Below are positions 9,250 through 18,506 of a stretch of DNA of 64,000 nt, piece by piece. Under the pieces are notes generated by a model that saw nothing but the letters and a program-made list of their open reading frames with translations, ran no database searches and had not been told where the DNA came from. Source of the DNA: Staphylococcus phage vB_SurM-PSU4; sequence record OL436245.1; one strand, 5' to 3'. How positions within the stretch are numbered: position 1 is the first letter of the stretch; each line of letters opens with the position of its first letter. A program made the translations under genes and the position numbers.

Positions 9250-9635
9250 CTATATTAATCTTAAATAAATGTAAGGTGTGAACCCTACTTGACTATTTGA
9301 TATTTGTGTTTTAAATCCTAGTTTTTTAAATTTCTTCTTCATATACTCTAGTTCTCTTATACTATATACTTGTTCATTCATACTTTGACCAATTGGGTAA
9401 TAATATATTCCAATAGTACCTAACCAAATAGAATCTCTTCTTAAATCTGATATAGCTACATCTTCTAACTTACTTAAGTGTTTTTCTATAATACTATCTA
9501 ACTCGTATGATTTATGAGTATCCGTATTTAACCTTTTTTGATGTTCTTGTTTTTTCTTAACTCCACATCATATTCTTCATTTATTTTTTCTTTGATACTA
9601 TCTTGAATATTTTCTGATTTTCTTCTTCTAAACAT
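9250..9635 (-). pseudogene. frameshifted gene (about 127 codons) broken at an A6 tract
   Basis: RBS taaggag before ATG at 9635; reading MFRRRKSENIQDSIKEKINEEYDVELRKNKNIKK then a stop; the +1 frame continues RLNTDTHKSYELDSIIEKHLSKLEDVAISDLRRDSIWLGTIGIYYYPIGQSMNEQVYSIRELEYMKKKFKKLGFKTQISNSQVGFTPYIYLRLI to a TAG at 9250-9252; the slip site is caaaaaagg at about 9527-9535. Confidence 0.5.
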
Positions 9636-9665
9636 CTAATCCATCTCCTTATTAGTTATATATCT

Positions 9666-9694
9666 ATTATATACTAAAACTCTACCTAAGTCAA
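9666..9694 (-). promoter_or_regulatory. sigma-A-like promoter (minus strand)
   Basis: reverse complement reads TTGACT-17-TATAAT; sits upstream of the frameshifted gene. Confidence 0.6.
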
Positions 9695-9713
9695 TAGATA
9701 GAGTTAAAGTTTT

Positions 9714-10007
9714 TTATTTAATTTCTTCTACACCGTTATTTAATTCCTGCTCAACCGTATTCATACGCTCCCATACCTCAATCCAGTTTACTCTTGTATC
9801 ATCATAGTAAAGGTGGTAGTCTTGTGGGTTTTCTAAGTACTCCTCTAGTTCATCAAAGTATAATACCTCGAAAGCTGTATCGTCAAGTCCCATTTGAAGC
9901 TTTATTATATCCTTATACCCTAATTGTTTATTACCGCAATAAGCTGTGTCCTCTAATCTCTTCTCTAGTTTATTAAATAGTGTTTGTACGCCTTGTAATT
10001 CATTCAT
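9714..10007 (-). CDS. hypothetical protein
   Basis: ORF. Confidence 0.45.
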   Translation of the reverse strand: MNELQGVQTLFNKLEKRLEDTAYCGNKQLGYKDIIKLQMGLDDTAFEVLYFDELEEYLENPQDYHLYYDDTRVNWIEVWERMNTVEQELNNGVEEIK

Positions 10008-10238
10008 AATGTGTTACCCCCTAATTGATTATATACTTATTATAAAGGGTAGTAATTAGAATGTCAACCCTTATTATAAATAAAAAAGTCACCCCTGTTA
10101 GGAGTGACTTAAATTATTCTTCTTCTCATGACCATTCATCTGTATCCATGATTTCTGATGCTTATGGTGCAATCTACAATTTGTACTTTATCATTACTTT
10201 CTAAATCATATGTTAATATTTCGTCTCAATGAGCCGAC

Positions 10239-12110
10239 TTAAACAAGTGTAAAATATGCTTTTATAATTGGTATAACTTGTTCTAACAATTCTTCATCTG
10301 TTAATTCATTACCGTCTTCATTCCAAAAAGTAAAAGCTGTACCTTTTAAGTTATCTTTAGTATCAACTATTGTATATGGATTTTCTTTCTCACAAAACTT
10401 ATTTTCAGCAAAATTAGAACGTATATAATCTATTTGTTCATCAATGGCACCCTCTGCTTTTCCATTTAAAGACGGACTATAAACTTGAGAATAGAAATTA
10501 CTATTAACTACCATCTTATTTTCCTCAATAAATTTCTCGGCAGAAGATAGCCCTTGTAGCCAATAAGACACCTCAATATTATCGTTTAACATTTTAATAC
10601 CATCGTCTGTAAGACAGTCATTCCACATTCTAGGATAATAACCTCTCTCATAAACTTTTTTCGCCATTCTATTGACAAAATTCACATAATCAATTTGAGC
10701 AACATTGACACCAGGTACTTCATCGGCACCAATTGAGAAAACTAATCTATCACCATATTTAGGTTGATAAAACATAGTTGTAATTTCTTCAATAAGGTCT
10801 TCTATAAATTTTGCAGCTATATCATTTCCATAATAATCAGCCAAACCAGTATCATAATCAGATACTACATTGGAATATAAATCGGGATTTTTTGCCTTCA
10901 ATAAGTCTAACCACCCTTGAGAATGTCCTGGAACATCAAAATCAGGAACAATCATAACATTTTTACCATTGGCATAGTCTATAAGTTCCATAATTTCTTT
11001 TTTAGTTAAATATTTATCATTACTTGTAGTCCCATTCTGACCTAAAATTTCTGAATGAATTGAATAACCTTGGTCATCAGAAAAATGTAGTTGTAAATAA
11101 TCTCCTTTGTTAGCTGAAATCTCGTCAACAATTTCTTTTAATGTTGCTAAGTTGGTGAAACGTCTTGAAATATCGAAAATAATACCCTTTCCTAATTTGA
11201 TTTCAAAATCGTTTTTGTTTACAAACGTTTTGATTAGGTCATTCATATAATTTTCTCGCATAGACAGACTGATATAGGCTTTGTCTAAGACAGGTTTTCC
11301 GTTATATATGTGTAACAAAGCGAAAGCAGTATTTGTCGTATTTATATAAGTTTGTATTTTATCATTAGATAAAGAGACTGAACTATCAGTCCAATCCATT
11401 GTTACAATACCTTGTTGAAACTGTGTAAAATCAGTTGTTTTTGTTTCTGGTTCATTAATATCCAAAACATTACCAATAAAGTAGTAATTTACTGTTTGTG
11501 CATTGAGCGGATTGATTTGCTCTATAATTCCATTATCACTATCGACTACTGGAGTTTCTAAGTTTTCAAAATATTGCTCTCTTAATATTTGAGGTAGTCT
11601 AGTTTGATTGACAGAACCATTTCCTTTTTCACCTTTTTCTCCAGTGTTACCCTTATCCCCTTTTGGTCCCATAGGACCTGTTGGACCTTGTGGACCTATT
11701 TCACCATCAATTCCATCTCCACCTTTATCTCCTTTTTCACCAGGTTCACCTTTATCACCCTTAGGTCCTTGTGGACCTTGTTCCCCTTTAATGGACTTAA
11801 CCCATTCCTCTTCTGTTCCTTCGAATCCATTATCTACTGCTATATCATAAGATGTTTTAGGTTTAACAGTTAAGATATCTTTAGCATAGAATATAATCTC
11901 TTTATAAGGAGATTCTAATGTAGTAAATTCAGGAACAACTACTTTTTCTGATTCATAGTTGTCCCCTTCCCAAGAAATATAAAATTCCCCTTCAGGGTAT
12001 TTTGTGTGTGGTTTTAGGTTAGGTATAATAACAGAACCTTGGTCAGATTCTACATCATAACCTATAGCTAGTATATTACCTTCTTTATCATAAGCTTTTA
12101 AATGTGGCAT
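10239..12110 (-). CDS. collagen-like repeat protein with C-terminal GH20 (beta-N-acetylhexosaminidase)-like domain
   Basis: RBS aggag 9 nt before ATG 12110; the block SYDIAVDNGFEGTEEEWVKSIKGEQGPQGPKGDKGEPGEKGDKGGDG... contains Gly-X-Y repeats; the C-terminal half has PDFDVPGHSQGW and SIGADEVPG, which resemble GH20 motifs. Confidence 0.5.
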   Translation of the reverse strand: MPHLKAYDKEGNILAIGYDVESDQGSVIIPNLKPHTKYPEGEFYISWEGDNYESEKVVVPEFTTLESPYKEIIFYAKDILTVKPKTSYDIAVDNGFEGTEEEWVKSIKGEQGPQGPKGDKGEPGEKGDKGGDGIDGEIGPQGPTGPMGPKGDKGNTGEKGEKGNGSVNQTRLPQILREQYFENLETPVVDSDNGIIEQINPLNAQTVNYYFIGNVLDINEPETKTTDFTQFQQGIVTMDWTDSSVSLSNDKIQTYINTTNTAFALLHIYNGKPVLDKAYISLSMRENYMNDLIKTFVNKNDFEIKLGKGIIFDISRRFTNLATLKEIVDEISANKGDYLQLHFSDDQGYSIHSEILGQNGTTSNDKYLTKKEIMELIDYANGKNVMIVPDFDVPGHSQGWLDLLKAKNPDLYSNVVSDYDTGLADYYGNDIAAKFIEDLIEEITTMFYQPKYGDRLVFSIGADEVPGVNVAQIDYVNFVNRMAKKVYERGYYPRMWNDCLTDDGIKMLNDNIEVSYWLQGLSSAEKFIEENKMVVNSNFYSQVYSPSLNGKAEGAIDEQIDYIRSNFAENKFCEKENPYTIVDTKDNLKGTAFTFWNEDGNELTDEELLEQVIPIIKAYFTLV

Positions 12111-12256
12111 TTTTTAATCTCCTATTCTAATGTGTTAGTATATATAATATAGCAAGTATAAGACAAGAAGAGCGATTAATCAACCTTATTTATGCTTATA
12201 TCACAGTCTATGATGTTAAGCTCATGTATAATAATCATATCCATTCTATCGAATAC

Positions 12257-12652
12257 TTATAAGATATTATTAATGACTTTTATCTCATGAATAGTAATCA
12301 TATCTTCTCTAAATAATGGTACATCTTCTATATTATCTTTGTAATAGTAAGTGTATTCATTATTAAGGTACCCGCCTTCTTTTTCTTCATATCCTTCTGA
12401 TTTAATACGTTTAATTAAGTTCTCCTTATTTGTATATACCTTGTCTTCTCTATAAGAATAGTTATCCTCATAAGGTTCACAATTATCATGTTCTACTTGA
12501 TATAGTTTCATTTGTTTATTCTCCTTATTTAGTGTGCTATCCTTTCCCTGTAAATCATCTAAAACTTCATAATATAGTATCTCCCCAAGACTTAAGTTTT
12601 CATCCTTATACTTTTCTTTTATATACTCATAGTATTCTTTAGAACTATCCAT
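12257..12652 (-). CDS. hypothetical protein, paralog of 8172..8420
   Basis: shared C-terminal 80 aa. Confidence 0.5.
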   Translation of the reverse strand: MDSSKEYYEYIKEKYKDENLSLGEILYYEVLDDLQGKDSTLNKENKQMKLYQVEHDNCEPYEDNYSYREDKVYTNKENLIKRIKSEGYEEKEGGYLNNEYTYYYKDNIEDVPLFREDMITIHEIKVINNIL

Positions 12653-12810
12653 AAATAATTCTCCTTTTTTTTTTAAATTTAATAACTACTTCTATTTTTA
12701 CACTAGGCTCTTTCTTTTCTGATAGTTGTTTTGCAATTAAATCTTTATTTTTTAATTCTTCTTGTATTTGATATAAAGATTTCATGTATACTATATCTCT
12801 TATAAAACGG

Positions 12811-13287
12811 TTATTTTAATCTATCTTGTTCCAAACTAGCATTAGTATAATTATTTTTTAAATCTTCGAGTGTCATTCTCTCAGACAAACTATAATTGTC
12901 ATCTAATAATCTATAATGTATATTTGTATGTTTTTCTGACGTCCCTGGTGTGTAGTAACTACTCTCTTCTACTACTAAAGTAAACCATTCACCATATGCC
13001 TCAATGTCGTCTCCAGGTAGCCATTTACTTTCTTTAAACAACTCTAAAACTTTATCTAACATTGAATCAATAGAATATAACTGGAATTGAACACAATATT
13101 TGGTATCTACCTTACGCACCAAAAACCAGACTTCGTTACCTTTTCCTGTCGACTCGATGCAAACCTTAACTTCTTTGTTGAGTTCTACTGCCTGTTCATA
13201 TAATTCAACGTTAGTAAGTTCAATACCTTCTTCGCTCATAGCTTTTACAATCACACTTAATAATTCTGTAGTATTATTCTTCATCAT
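12811..13287 (-). CDS. hypothetical protein
   Basis: ORF. Confidence 0.45.
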   Translation of the reverse strand: MMKNNTTELLSVIVKAMSEEGIELTNVELYEQAVELNKEVKVCIESTGKGNEVWFLVRKVDTKYCVQFQLYSIDSMLDKVLELFKESKWLPGDDIEAYGEWFTLVVEESSYYTPGTSEKHTNIHYRLLDDNYSLSERMTLEDLKNNYTNASLEQDRLK

Positions 13288-13349
13288 AACTCCTCCTTAA
13301 ATTGTTCTTAACTATAGTATACACCTAGTATCTGCACTTGTCAACTACT

Positions 13350-13586
13350 TTATTCATTATCTTCATAATAAAACTCTATAGAAGCAATACTATTAGCTTT
13401 TATTACAACTGCTCCTTTTTTCTTAGGTATCCACAGATACTCTCTATCTCCACTCATACATTGTAAAGCATCTTCTGTTATGCTCTTTAAAGTGACACCT
13501 ACAACCTCATCATCCCCCAATATTTCTGACCTATCATTTGTTTTCTCTATGTGAATTGAACTAACTTGTTTTATATTATAATCCAT
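13350..13586 (-). CDS. hypothetical protein
   Basis: ORF. Confidence 0.4.
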   Translation of the reverse strand: MDYNIKQVSSIHIEKTNDRSEILGDDEVVGVTLKSITEDALQCMSGDREYLWIPKKKGAVVIKANSIASIEFYYEDNE

Positions 13587-13608
13587 TACAATTCCTCCTA
13601 TAAAATTT

Positions 13609-13848
13609 TTATTTTAAATGCTTTTCCATCTGAGAAACTAACTCAGATACTTTATCTTCCCTACTATATGGTGAACGGTCTCCAAATATTTCTTTTCCTG
13701 CTTTAAAATCATAAACTTCAACATAATCAGATATGTCAGAAGTGTCTACTTCTTTAAGTTCTTCTATTGTATTAAACTGTAATATCAAATCGTCCAATCC
13801 ACCACAAGGGTAATACTCAGCATAACTAAATAATAAAAATCTATACAT
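13609..13848 (-). CDS. hypothetical protein, YRFLLFSY-family member 2
   Basis: MYRFLLFSYAEYYPCGG N-terminus. Confidence 0.5.
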   Translation of the reverse strand: MYRFLLFSYAEYYPCGGLDDLILQFNTIEELKEVDTSDISDYVEVYDFKAGKEIFGDRSPYSREDKVSELVSQMEKHLK

Positions 13849-13930
13849 TTTAATCCCTCCTCTTTAACTTTATAAACTAATGTTACCATACTAATTAAAA
13901 AAAGTCAATAAAAGAAAAAGAACGAGAAAT

Positions 13931-14293
13931 TTATTCTCGTTCTAAAGTATTCCATTTACTATTTGGTTTTATAAGTCCTTTATTCATTAGTTCTTGACTA
14001 ATACTTTTATACTCATTGTTCTCTAAGTAGAATATAGTAGCTAAATATCTACCGAAATTATCTGATTTGTAAGTCTGTACAACCACGTTCTGATTTAATA
14101 GTTTACTTTCTGTAAACTCAGTAGCTTGGTGGTAATTCTCTTGACCACGTTCTGGAGTATCTACACTCAGTAACCGTACACGTTGTTTTGAATAAAAATT
14201 AAATCCATGGTCTAAAGTAATATCAACTGTATCACCATCTACAACATTATCAACATGTGCTTTGTACATATATAATTGATTTTCTAAGTCCAA
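13931..14293 (-). CDS. staphylococcal-nuclease (SNase/thermonuclease)-like protein
   Basis: HVDNVVDGDTVDITL...VRLLSVDTPE matches the SNase fold signature. Confidence 0.55.
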   Translation of the reverse strand: MDLENQLYMYKAHVDNVVDGDTVDITLDHGFNFYSKQRVRLLSVDTPERGQENYHQATEFTESKLLNQNVVVQTYKSDNFGRYLATIFYLENNEYKSISQELMNKGLIKPNSKWNTLERE

Positions 14294-14345
14294 TATAATT
14301 ACCCCTTATTATACATTTATGATTAATATAACAAGGTTAATCTTT

Positions 14346-14438
14346 TACTTTAAGATTATACATATGCTTAATTTCTTCGTACAACTCCATACGTTCTTTT
14401 TCTTTATTATATATCTTTAATACCACCATATCGTTATC
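14346..14438 (-). pseudogene. truncated duplicate of the 5' end of gene 15891..17129 (30-codon ORF MVVLKIYNKEKERMELYEEIKHMYNLKVKD)
   Basis: about 75 bp at 14375-14480 is near-identical to 17095-17170 (promoter, RBS and first 11 codons MAVLKIYNKEKE). Confidence 0.4.
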
Positions 14439-14540
14439 TCCTTTATACATTATATATCACTTATAATATTTCACCTTGTTATAGATAAACACTTATATAA
14501 TGCCTATCCTCATTATAACTTCCCCTATAAAATGTATGTT

Positions 14541-14765
14541 TTATCCTGCATCATAGTGATTATCTTCTATATCAGATTCTATTTTTTCCCATTCTACATC
14601 CGATTTAAATTTAGGTTGAAAATCCCCATCGCCATCTGAAAATATAGAAACTGTTCTTGAAGCTCCTAAGCTGCCAAGATATTCCATTTTATTTAACATT
14701 GACATAAAATCATTAACCCATCTTTCTTCCATTTCAACTTCAATTGTAAATTTCTTTTTCATCAT
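14541..14765 (-). CDS. hypothetical protein
   Basis: ORF. Confidence 0.4.
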   Translation of the reverse strand: MMKKKFTIEVEMEERWVNDFMSMLNKMEYLGSLGASRTVSIFSDGDGDFQPKFKSDVEWEKIESDIEDNHYDAG

Positions 14766-14849
14766 AATTCCTCCTAATTTATTATATACTTAGTATAAAG
14801 GATAGTAATTAGAATGTCAACCCTTATTATAAATAAAAAAAGTAACCTT

Positions 14850-15887
14850 TTAGTAGTGATTTTGGTTATTTATTTTAATACTTACTTCTTGATATTCTCC
14901 ATCTACTTTATAAAAATTATTTGAAAATTTCCAAGTATATGGCTGTCTTGTATATACCCCACTATAATCATTTATTATAGGTAAATCATATAGCTCGATT
15001 GGTGGTTTTATAATTCCTTTTCCTTGTTCATAATCCTTGAGACCTTGTATCTTTTGTGTATTATTATATACTTTGTTTATTAGTTCATGTTTTGATAGTT
15101 TGGGGAAAATCTGTTTATATAATGCAAATATAGCACTTATTTGAGGTGTTGCCATTGATGTACCGGATAGTAATATATATAAATCTGTAGTCTGTGTAAA
15201 ATCAGTTTGGTTTCTAAATGTAGACATGATATTAGTTCCATATGATGCTAGTTTAACATAAGAACCCATCTCTGAAGATTTATTTCTCTCATTCCATATA
15301 TTTAAATTAGCTACAGGTATTACCCCTGGGTATTTTTGTAAAATAGCATTTTTATCCAATTCATATCTATCTCCTGTAGAACCATTTCCACACGCTACAA
15401 TACCTATAGTTTCTGATTTATCCAGTTTATCAAATACTCTATCGAACTCTGTTAATAGCTCTGGAAACTTCTTTAAATTCTCATAATCAGTGTCTATAGA
15501 CATATTTAGTATATCTATACCATTATCCACAGCCCAATCCACACCATTGATGATACCTTTATAAAAAGATTCTTTACTAGTAATTAAATATTTACAGCTA
15601 TATAAATCACACTCATAAGCAATTCCTCTATACCCATCTTTTGTTTTAGGGTTACTGGCAATTATACCTGCTACATGTGTTCCATGGTCATTCTCATCTG
15701 TCAAGGGGTCTACGGGCTCTCCTCTAACATTTATACCAGTACCACCTACTACTGTTAAATCTCTATGAGGACTTATACCACCGTCTATTATAGCTACTTT
15801 AACCCCTTTACCAGTTATACCTCTTTCCCAATAATCTATAATATTCAATTTAGGTATAGCATAACTAAAATTTACTTCTTGTTTCAT
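14850..15887 (-). CDS. subtilisin-like serine protease (peptidase S8)
   Basis: catalytic triad motifs VAIIDGG (Asp), HGTHVAG (His), GTSMATP (Ser); RBS ggagg before the start; no obvious signal peptide. Confidence 0.7.
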   Translation of the reverse strand: MKQEVNFSYAIPKLNIIDYWERGITGKGVKVAIIDGGISPHRDLTVVGGTGINVRGEPVDPLTDENDHGTHVAGIIASNPKTKDGYRGIAYECDLYSCKYLITSKESFYKGIINGVDWAVDNGIDILNMSIDTDYENLKKFPELLTEFDRVFDKLDKSETIGIVACGNGSTGDRYELDKNAILQKYPGVIPVANLNIWNERNKSSEMGSYVKLASYGTNIMSTFRNQTDFTQTTDLYILLSGTSMATPQISAIFALYKQIFPKLSKHELINKVYNNTQKIQGLKDYEQGKGIIKPPIELYDLPIINDYSGVYTRQPYTWKFSNNFYKVDGEYQEVSIKINNQNHY

Positions 15888-15890
15888 ATA

Positions 15891-17129
15891 TTAACCTCCG
15901 TTGCTTTGTGGTTTAATCCAAATAGATGTATCATTACTAGGTTCTACATTAGAAACCTCGAAAGTATTATTTGTTAACTGATTAAGTATTAATCTACTAT
16001 CGTTATCTATTGATATTTGCATATTAAATATAAATAAATAAGCAGTACCCGTTTGTCCATACAGAGGTCTATAAGCTCTGTTGGGTTTTATTAAATGTGG
16101 GTTTTGAATGTTTACATCATCGTAAGTTCCTGCAGAACCTACAGCTAAACTTATATCATCTGTAAAAGATACAGCTATACAATATTCTTTGTTGCTTTCT
16201 ATTTTATTCACAAATTCTATAGTATTCCAACCTGCCGATAATTTTCTTCTAATCCTTTTATACTCTACGTTTGCTGGTATACCATAGCCACCATAATCTG
16301 TTAAATAGAAATCAGTTACTCCGTCTCCACTGGAGAAAACATCAAAAGATGTAATATACCCATCTACAAAGCTAGTAAATTGAAGACCATAGTCCTTTAA
16401 TCTCCTCATGTCAGTTTCTGCTACTCTGTCCCTACTTGCACATGTAGGCGTATTAATTATAGTTGGCTTATTGATAGAATTTACTATTTGACTTTTTATA
16501 TCTTCCATTTGTTGATTAGTTGCTGATAATTTTAAGCTATCTAGCCATTCTTGCTCTGTACCATTATATCCATATTCTTTCGCTATTTGGTAAGCAGATA
16601 ACCCATCATTACCATCTATACCATCTTTACCATTAATACCATCTTTTCCTTGTGTGCCTTGTTTACCTTGTTTACCTTGTTCTCCTTTATCTCCTTTAAG
16701 AGATTCTAACCACTCTTCTACAGTTCCTTCAAAACCATTATCTAGAGCATACTCATAAGCACTTCCACCTTGTGTAAGGTTTAAACCACTATCTCCTTTC
16801 TCCCCTTTAATAGACTCGACCCATTCTTTTTCTGTACCGCTAAATCCGTTTTTAACTGCAATATCATAAGCAGTCATAGGTTTAACTGTTAAAGCATCTT
16901 TAAAGTAAAATACTAATTCTTTATTTGTACTACTTTCTGTTTTAAATTTAGGTACTGGTATTAATTCTGTTTCATAATTTTTATCTTCCCAACTTACAAA
17001 GTATGTTCCTTCTTCATAAGTAGTATAGGGTATAAGGTCAGTAAGTAATCCCCACCCTTTATCTCCTGTAAATTCTTGGCTTACAAGGATAAGTTCTTTT
17101 TCTTTATTGTATATCTTTAATACTGCCAT
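15891..17129 (-). CDS. collagen-like / phage-tail-repeat-like protein (start refined to MAVLKIY...)
   Basis: the ORF-track start at 17150 sits on the RBS aaaggag for the ATG at 17129; repeats SAYDIAVKNGFSGTEKEWVESIKGEKGD, AYEYALDNGFEGTVEEWLESLKGDKGEQGKQGKQG..., SAYQIAKEYGYNGTEQEWLDSLK; the N-terminus is paralogous to 10239..12110. Confidence 0.55.
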   Translation of the reverse strand: MAVLKIYNKEKELILVSQEFTGDKGWGLLTDLIPYTTYEEGTYFVSWEDKNYETELIPVPKFKTESSTNKELVFYFKDALTVKPMTAYDIAVKNGFSGTEKEWVESIKGEKGDSGLNLTQGGSAYEYALDNGFEGTVEEWLESLKGDKGEQGKQGKQGTQGKDGINGKDGIDGNDGLSAYQIAKEYGYNGTEQEWLDSLKLSATNQQMEDIKSQIVNSINKPTIINTPTCASRDRVAETDMRRLKDYGLQFTSFVDGYITSFDVFSSGDGVTDFYLTDYGGYGIPANVEYKRIRRKLSAGWNTIEFVNKIESNKEYCIAVSFTDDISLAVGSAGTYDDVNIQNPHLIKPNRAYRPLYGQTGTAYLFIFNMQISIDNDSRLILNQLTNNTFEVSNVEPSNDTSIWIKPQSNGG

Positions 17130-17287
17130 ATCGCTATCTCCTTTATACATTATATATCACTTATAATATACCATCTTATTATAAGTAAATACTTATATAA
17201 TACCCATCATCCTCTCTATGCACCTGTATATTATAACCTAGTTACTCTAATCTATTTATAACATAAATAACAGTATCTTCTGTTGTG

Positions 17288-17638
17288 TTATTCATTATAA
17301 TTTACTCTTTTCCATTCTTTTTTAAAATTATCTATATCTTTATCTGATAGTGGTGGTGAATTTACAGTCATGAGTACTTTACCTTCTTCATCTATATTAC
17401 CTAACACATGGTGTTCTTCTTTTTTACCTAACCAAAGTGTATACCATGTTCTCTTGGTTCTTGTAGTAATAGAATAACATGAGCTATCTGCAATCATGTT
17501 ACTAGAATTTTTTGATACTTTTATTGTGATAACATCAAAATTGTTAGCTAGGTTAACAAGTAGTATCTCAACTTTGTTTTTACTTACATTATATCTATTT
17601 ACCACTCTATAAGTTGGTATAAGTTTTAATTCATCCAT
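17288..17638 (-). CDS. hypothetical protein
   Basis: ORF. Confidence 0.45.
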   Translation of the reverse strand: MDELKLIPTYRVVNRYNVSKNKVEILLVNLANNFDVITIKVSKNSSNMIADSSCYSITTRTKRTWYTLWLGKKEEHHVLGNIDEEGKVLMTVNSPPLSDKDIDNFKKEWKRVNYNE

Positions 17639-17672
17639 TAATTAATTTCTCCTATAAAATTATCATTTTAAA

Positions 17673-17891
17673 TTATCCTAAATAGTCTCTAAATTCACTT
17701 AATATCGTTTCTTTGTTACTAATATATAGTGTACTGTCGTACTTAATATCATATATTTCAATATAGTCACTTAAATATAAATCATCCTTGTTATTTACTA
17801 ACTCATAAAAACCATTAAATTTAAACTCTAAATCTCTCATACCACCATTAGGATAATAGTCAGTATAACTAAACAATAAAAATCTATACAT
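17673..17891 (-). CDS. hypothetical protein, YRFLLFSY-family member 3
   Basis: MYRFLLFSYTDYYPNGG. Confidence 0.5.
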   Translation of the reverse strand: MYRFLLFSYTDYYPNGGMRDLEFKFNGFYELVNNKDDLYLSDYIEIYDIKYDSTLYISNKETILSEFRDYLG

Positions 17892-17896
17892 TATAA

Positions 17897-18232
17897 TTAC
17901 TCCTTAGTCAATAATTTAATCTCTGCGTGAAGATACCAAGTTGCTGAGTATTCATCATCACGCATATGTTCAAATCCTTCTTTTTCTAGTTGGTGAATCG
18001 CATTATCTTTATTAGTAAAATACTTAGGATTTGCAAATGCTTCGCCATCACCTTCGTTTTCATATTTTATATATACAATAACATAAATTTGATTATCTAT
18101 AATTTCTCCTCTTGAGAGTTTATTAATATGTTCTGACAGTTCTTTATTTAATTTTCTTAATTTTGCAGCATCTCGTGATTCATTCATTAGAGCTTGTTTC
18201 AACCTATCTATTTCTTTTTCATAGTCCATCAT
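17897..18232 (-). CDS. hypothetical protein
   Basis: ORF. Confidence 0.45.
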   Translation of the reverse strand: MMDYEKEIDRLKQALMNESRDAAKLRKLNKELSEHINKLSRGEIIDNQIYVIVYIKYENEGDGEAFANPKYFTNKDNAIHQLEKEGFEHMRDDEYSATWYLHAEIKLLTKE

Positions 18233-18249
18233 AATTCCTCCTAATTTTT

Positions 18250-18492
18250 TTATAAAATAATATTTAAATTCTCTAATTCAACTGAAAAATAATCTATATA
18301 ATCTTTATCTTTTGATAATACATTAACTAAGTTACTAACAAACACTTCTTCACCTCTAATAACTTGATGTTCTCCTGTATGGTTTGCATTTAAAATAACC
18401 TCTACAGTTAAATCCTCTTTTTCTCCTTTTATTCCATAAACCTTAATCATACTTTCTAATGCTTTTTCATAATCATTTACTAATTTTTCCAC
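18250..18492 (-). CDS. hypothetical protein
   Basis: ORF. Confidence 0.45.
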   Translation of the reverse strand: MEKLVNDYEKALESMIKVYGIKGEKEDLTVEVILNANHTGEHQVIRGEEVFVSNLVNVLSKDKDYIDYFSVELENLNIIL

Positions 18493-18506
18493 TTAAATCT
18501 CTCCTT

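Noticed and set aside
11604-11873. Plus-strand Pro/Ser/Phe-rich ORFs (11604..11873, 11608..11850)
   Set aside because: Antisense reading of the collagen-like Gly-X-Y repeats of gene 10239..12110; no RBS; low complexity.
15129-17150. ORF-track start MYKGDSDM at 17150 for the collagen-like gene
   Set aside because: The first ATG is followed by aaaggag, which serves as the RBS for the ATG at 17129 (MAVLKIY...). The same 5' block is duplicated at 14438 starting with the equivalent Met.
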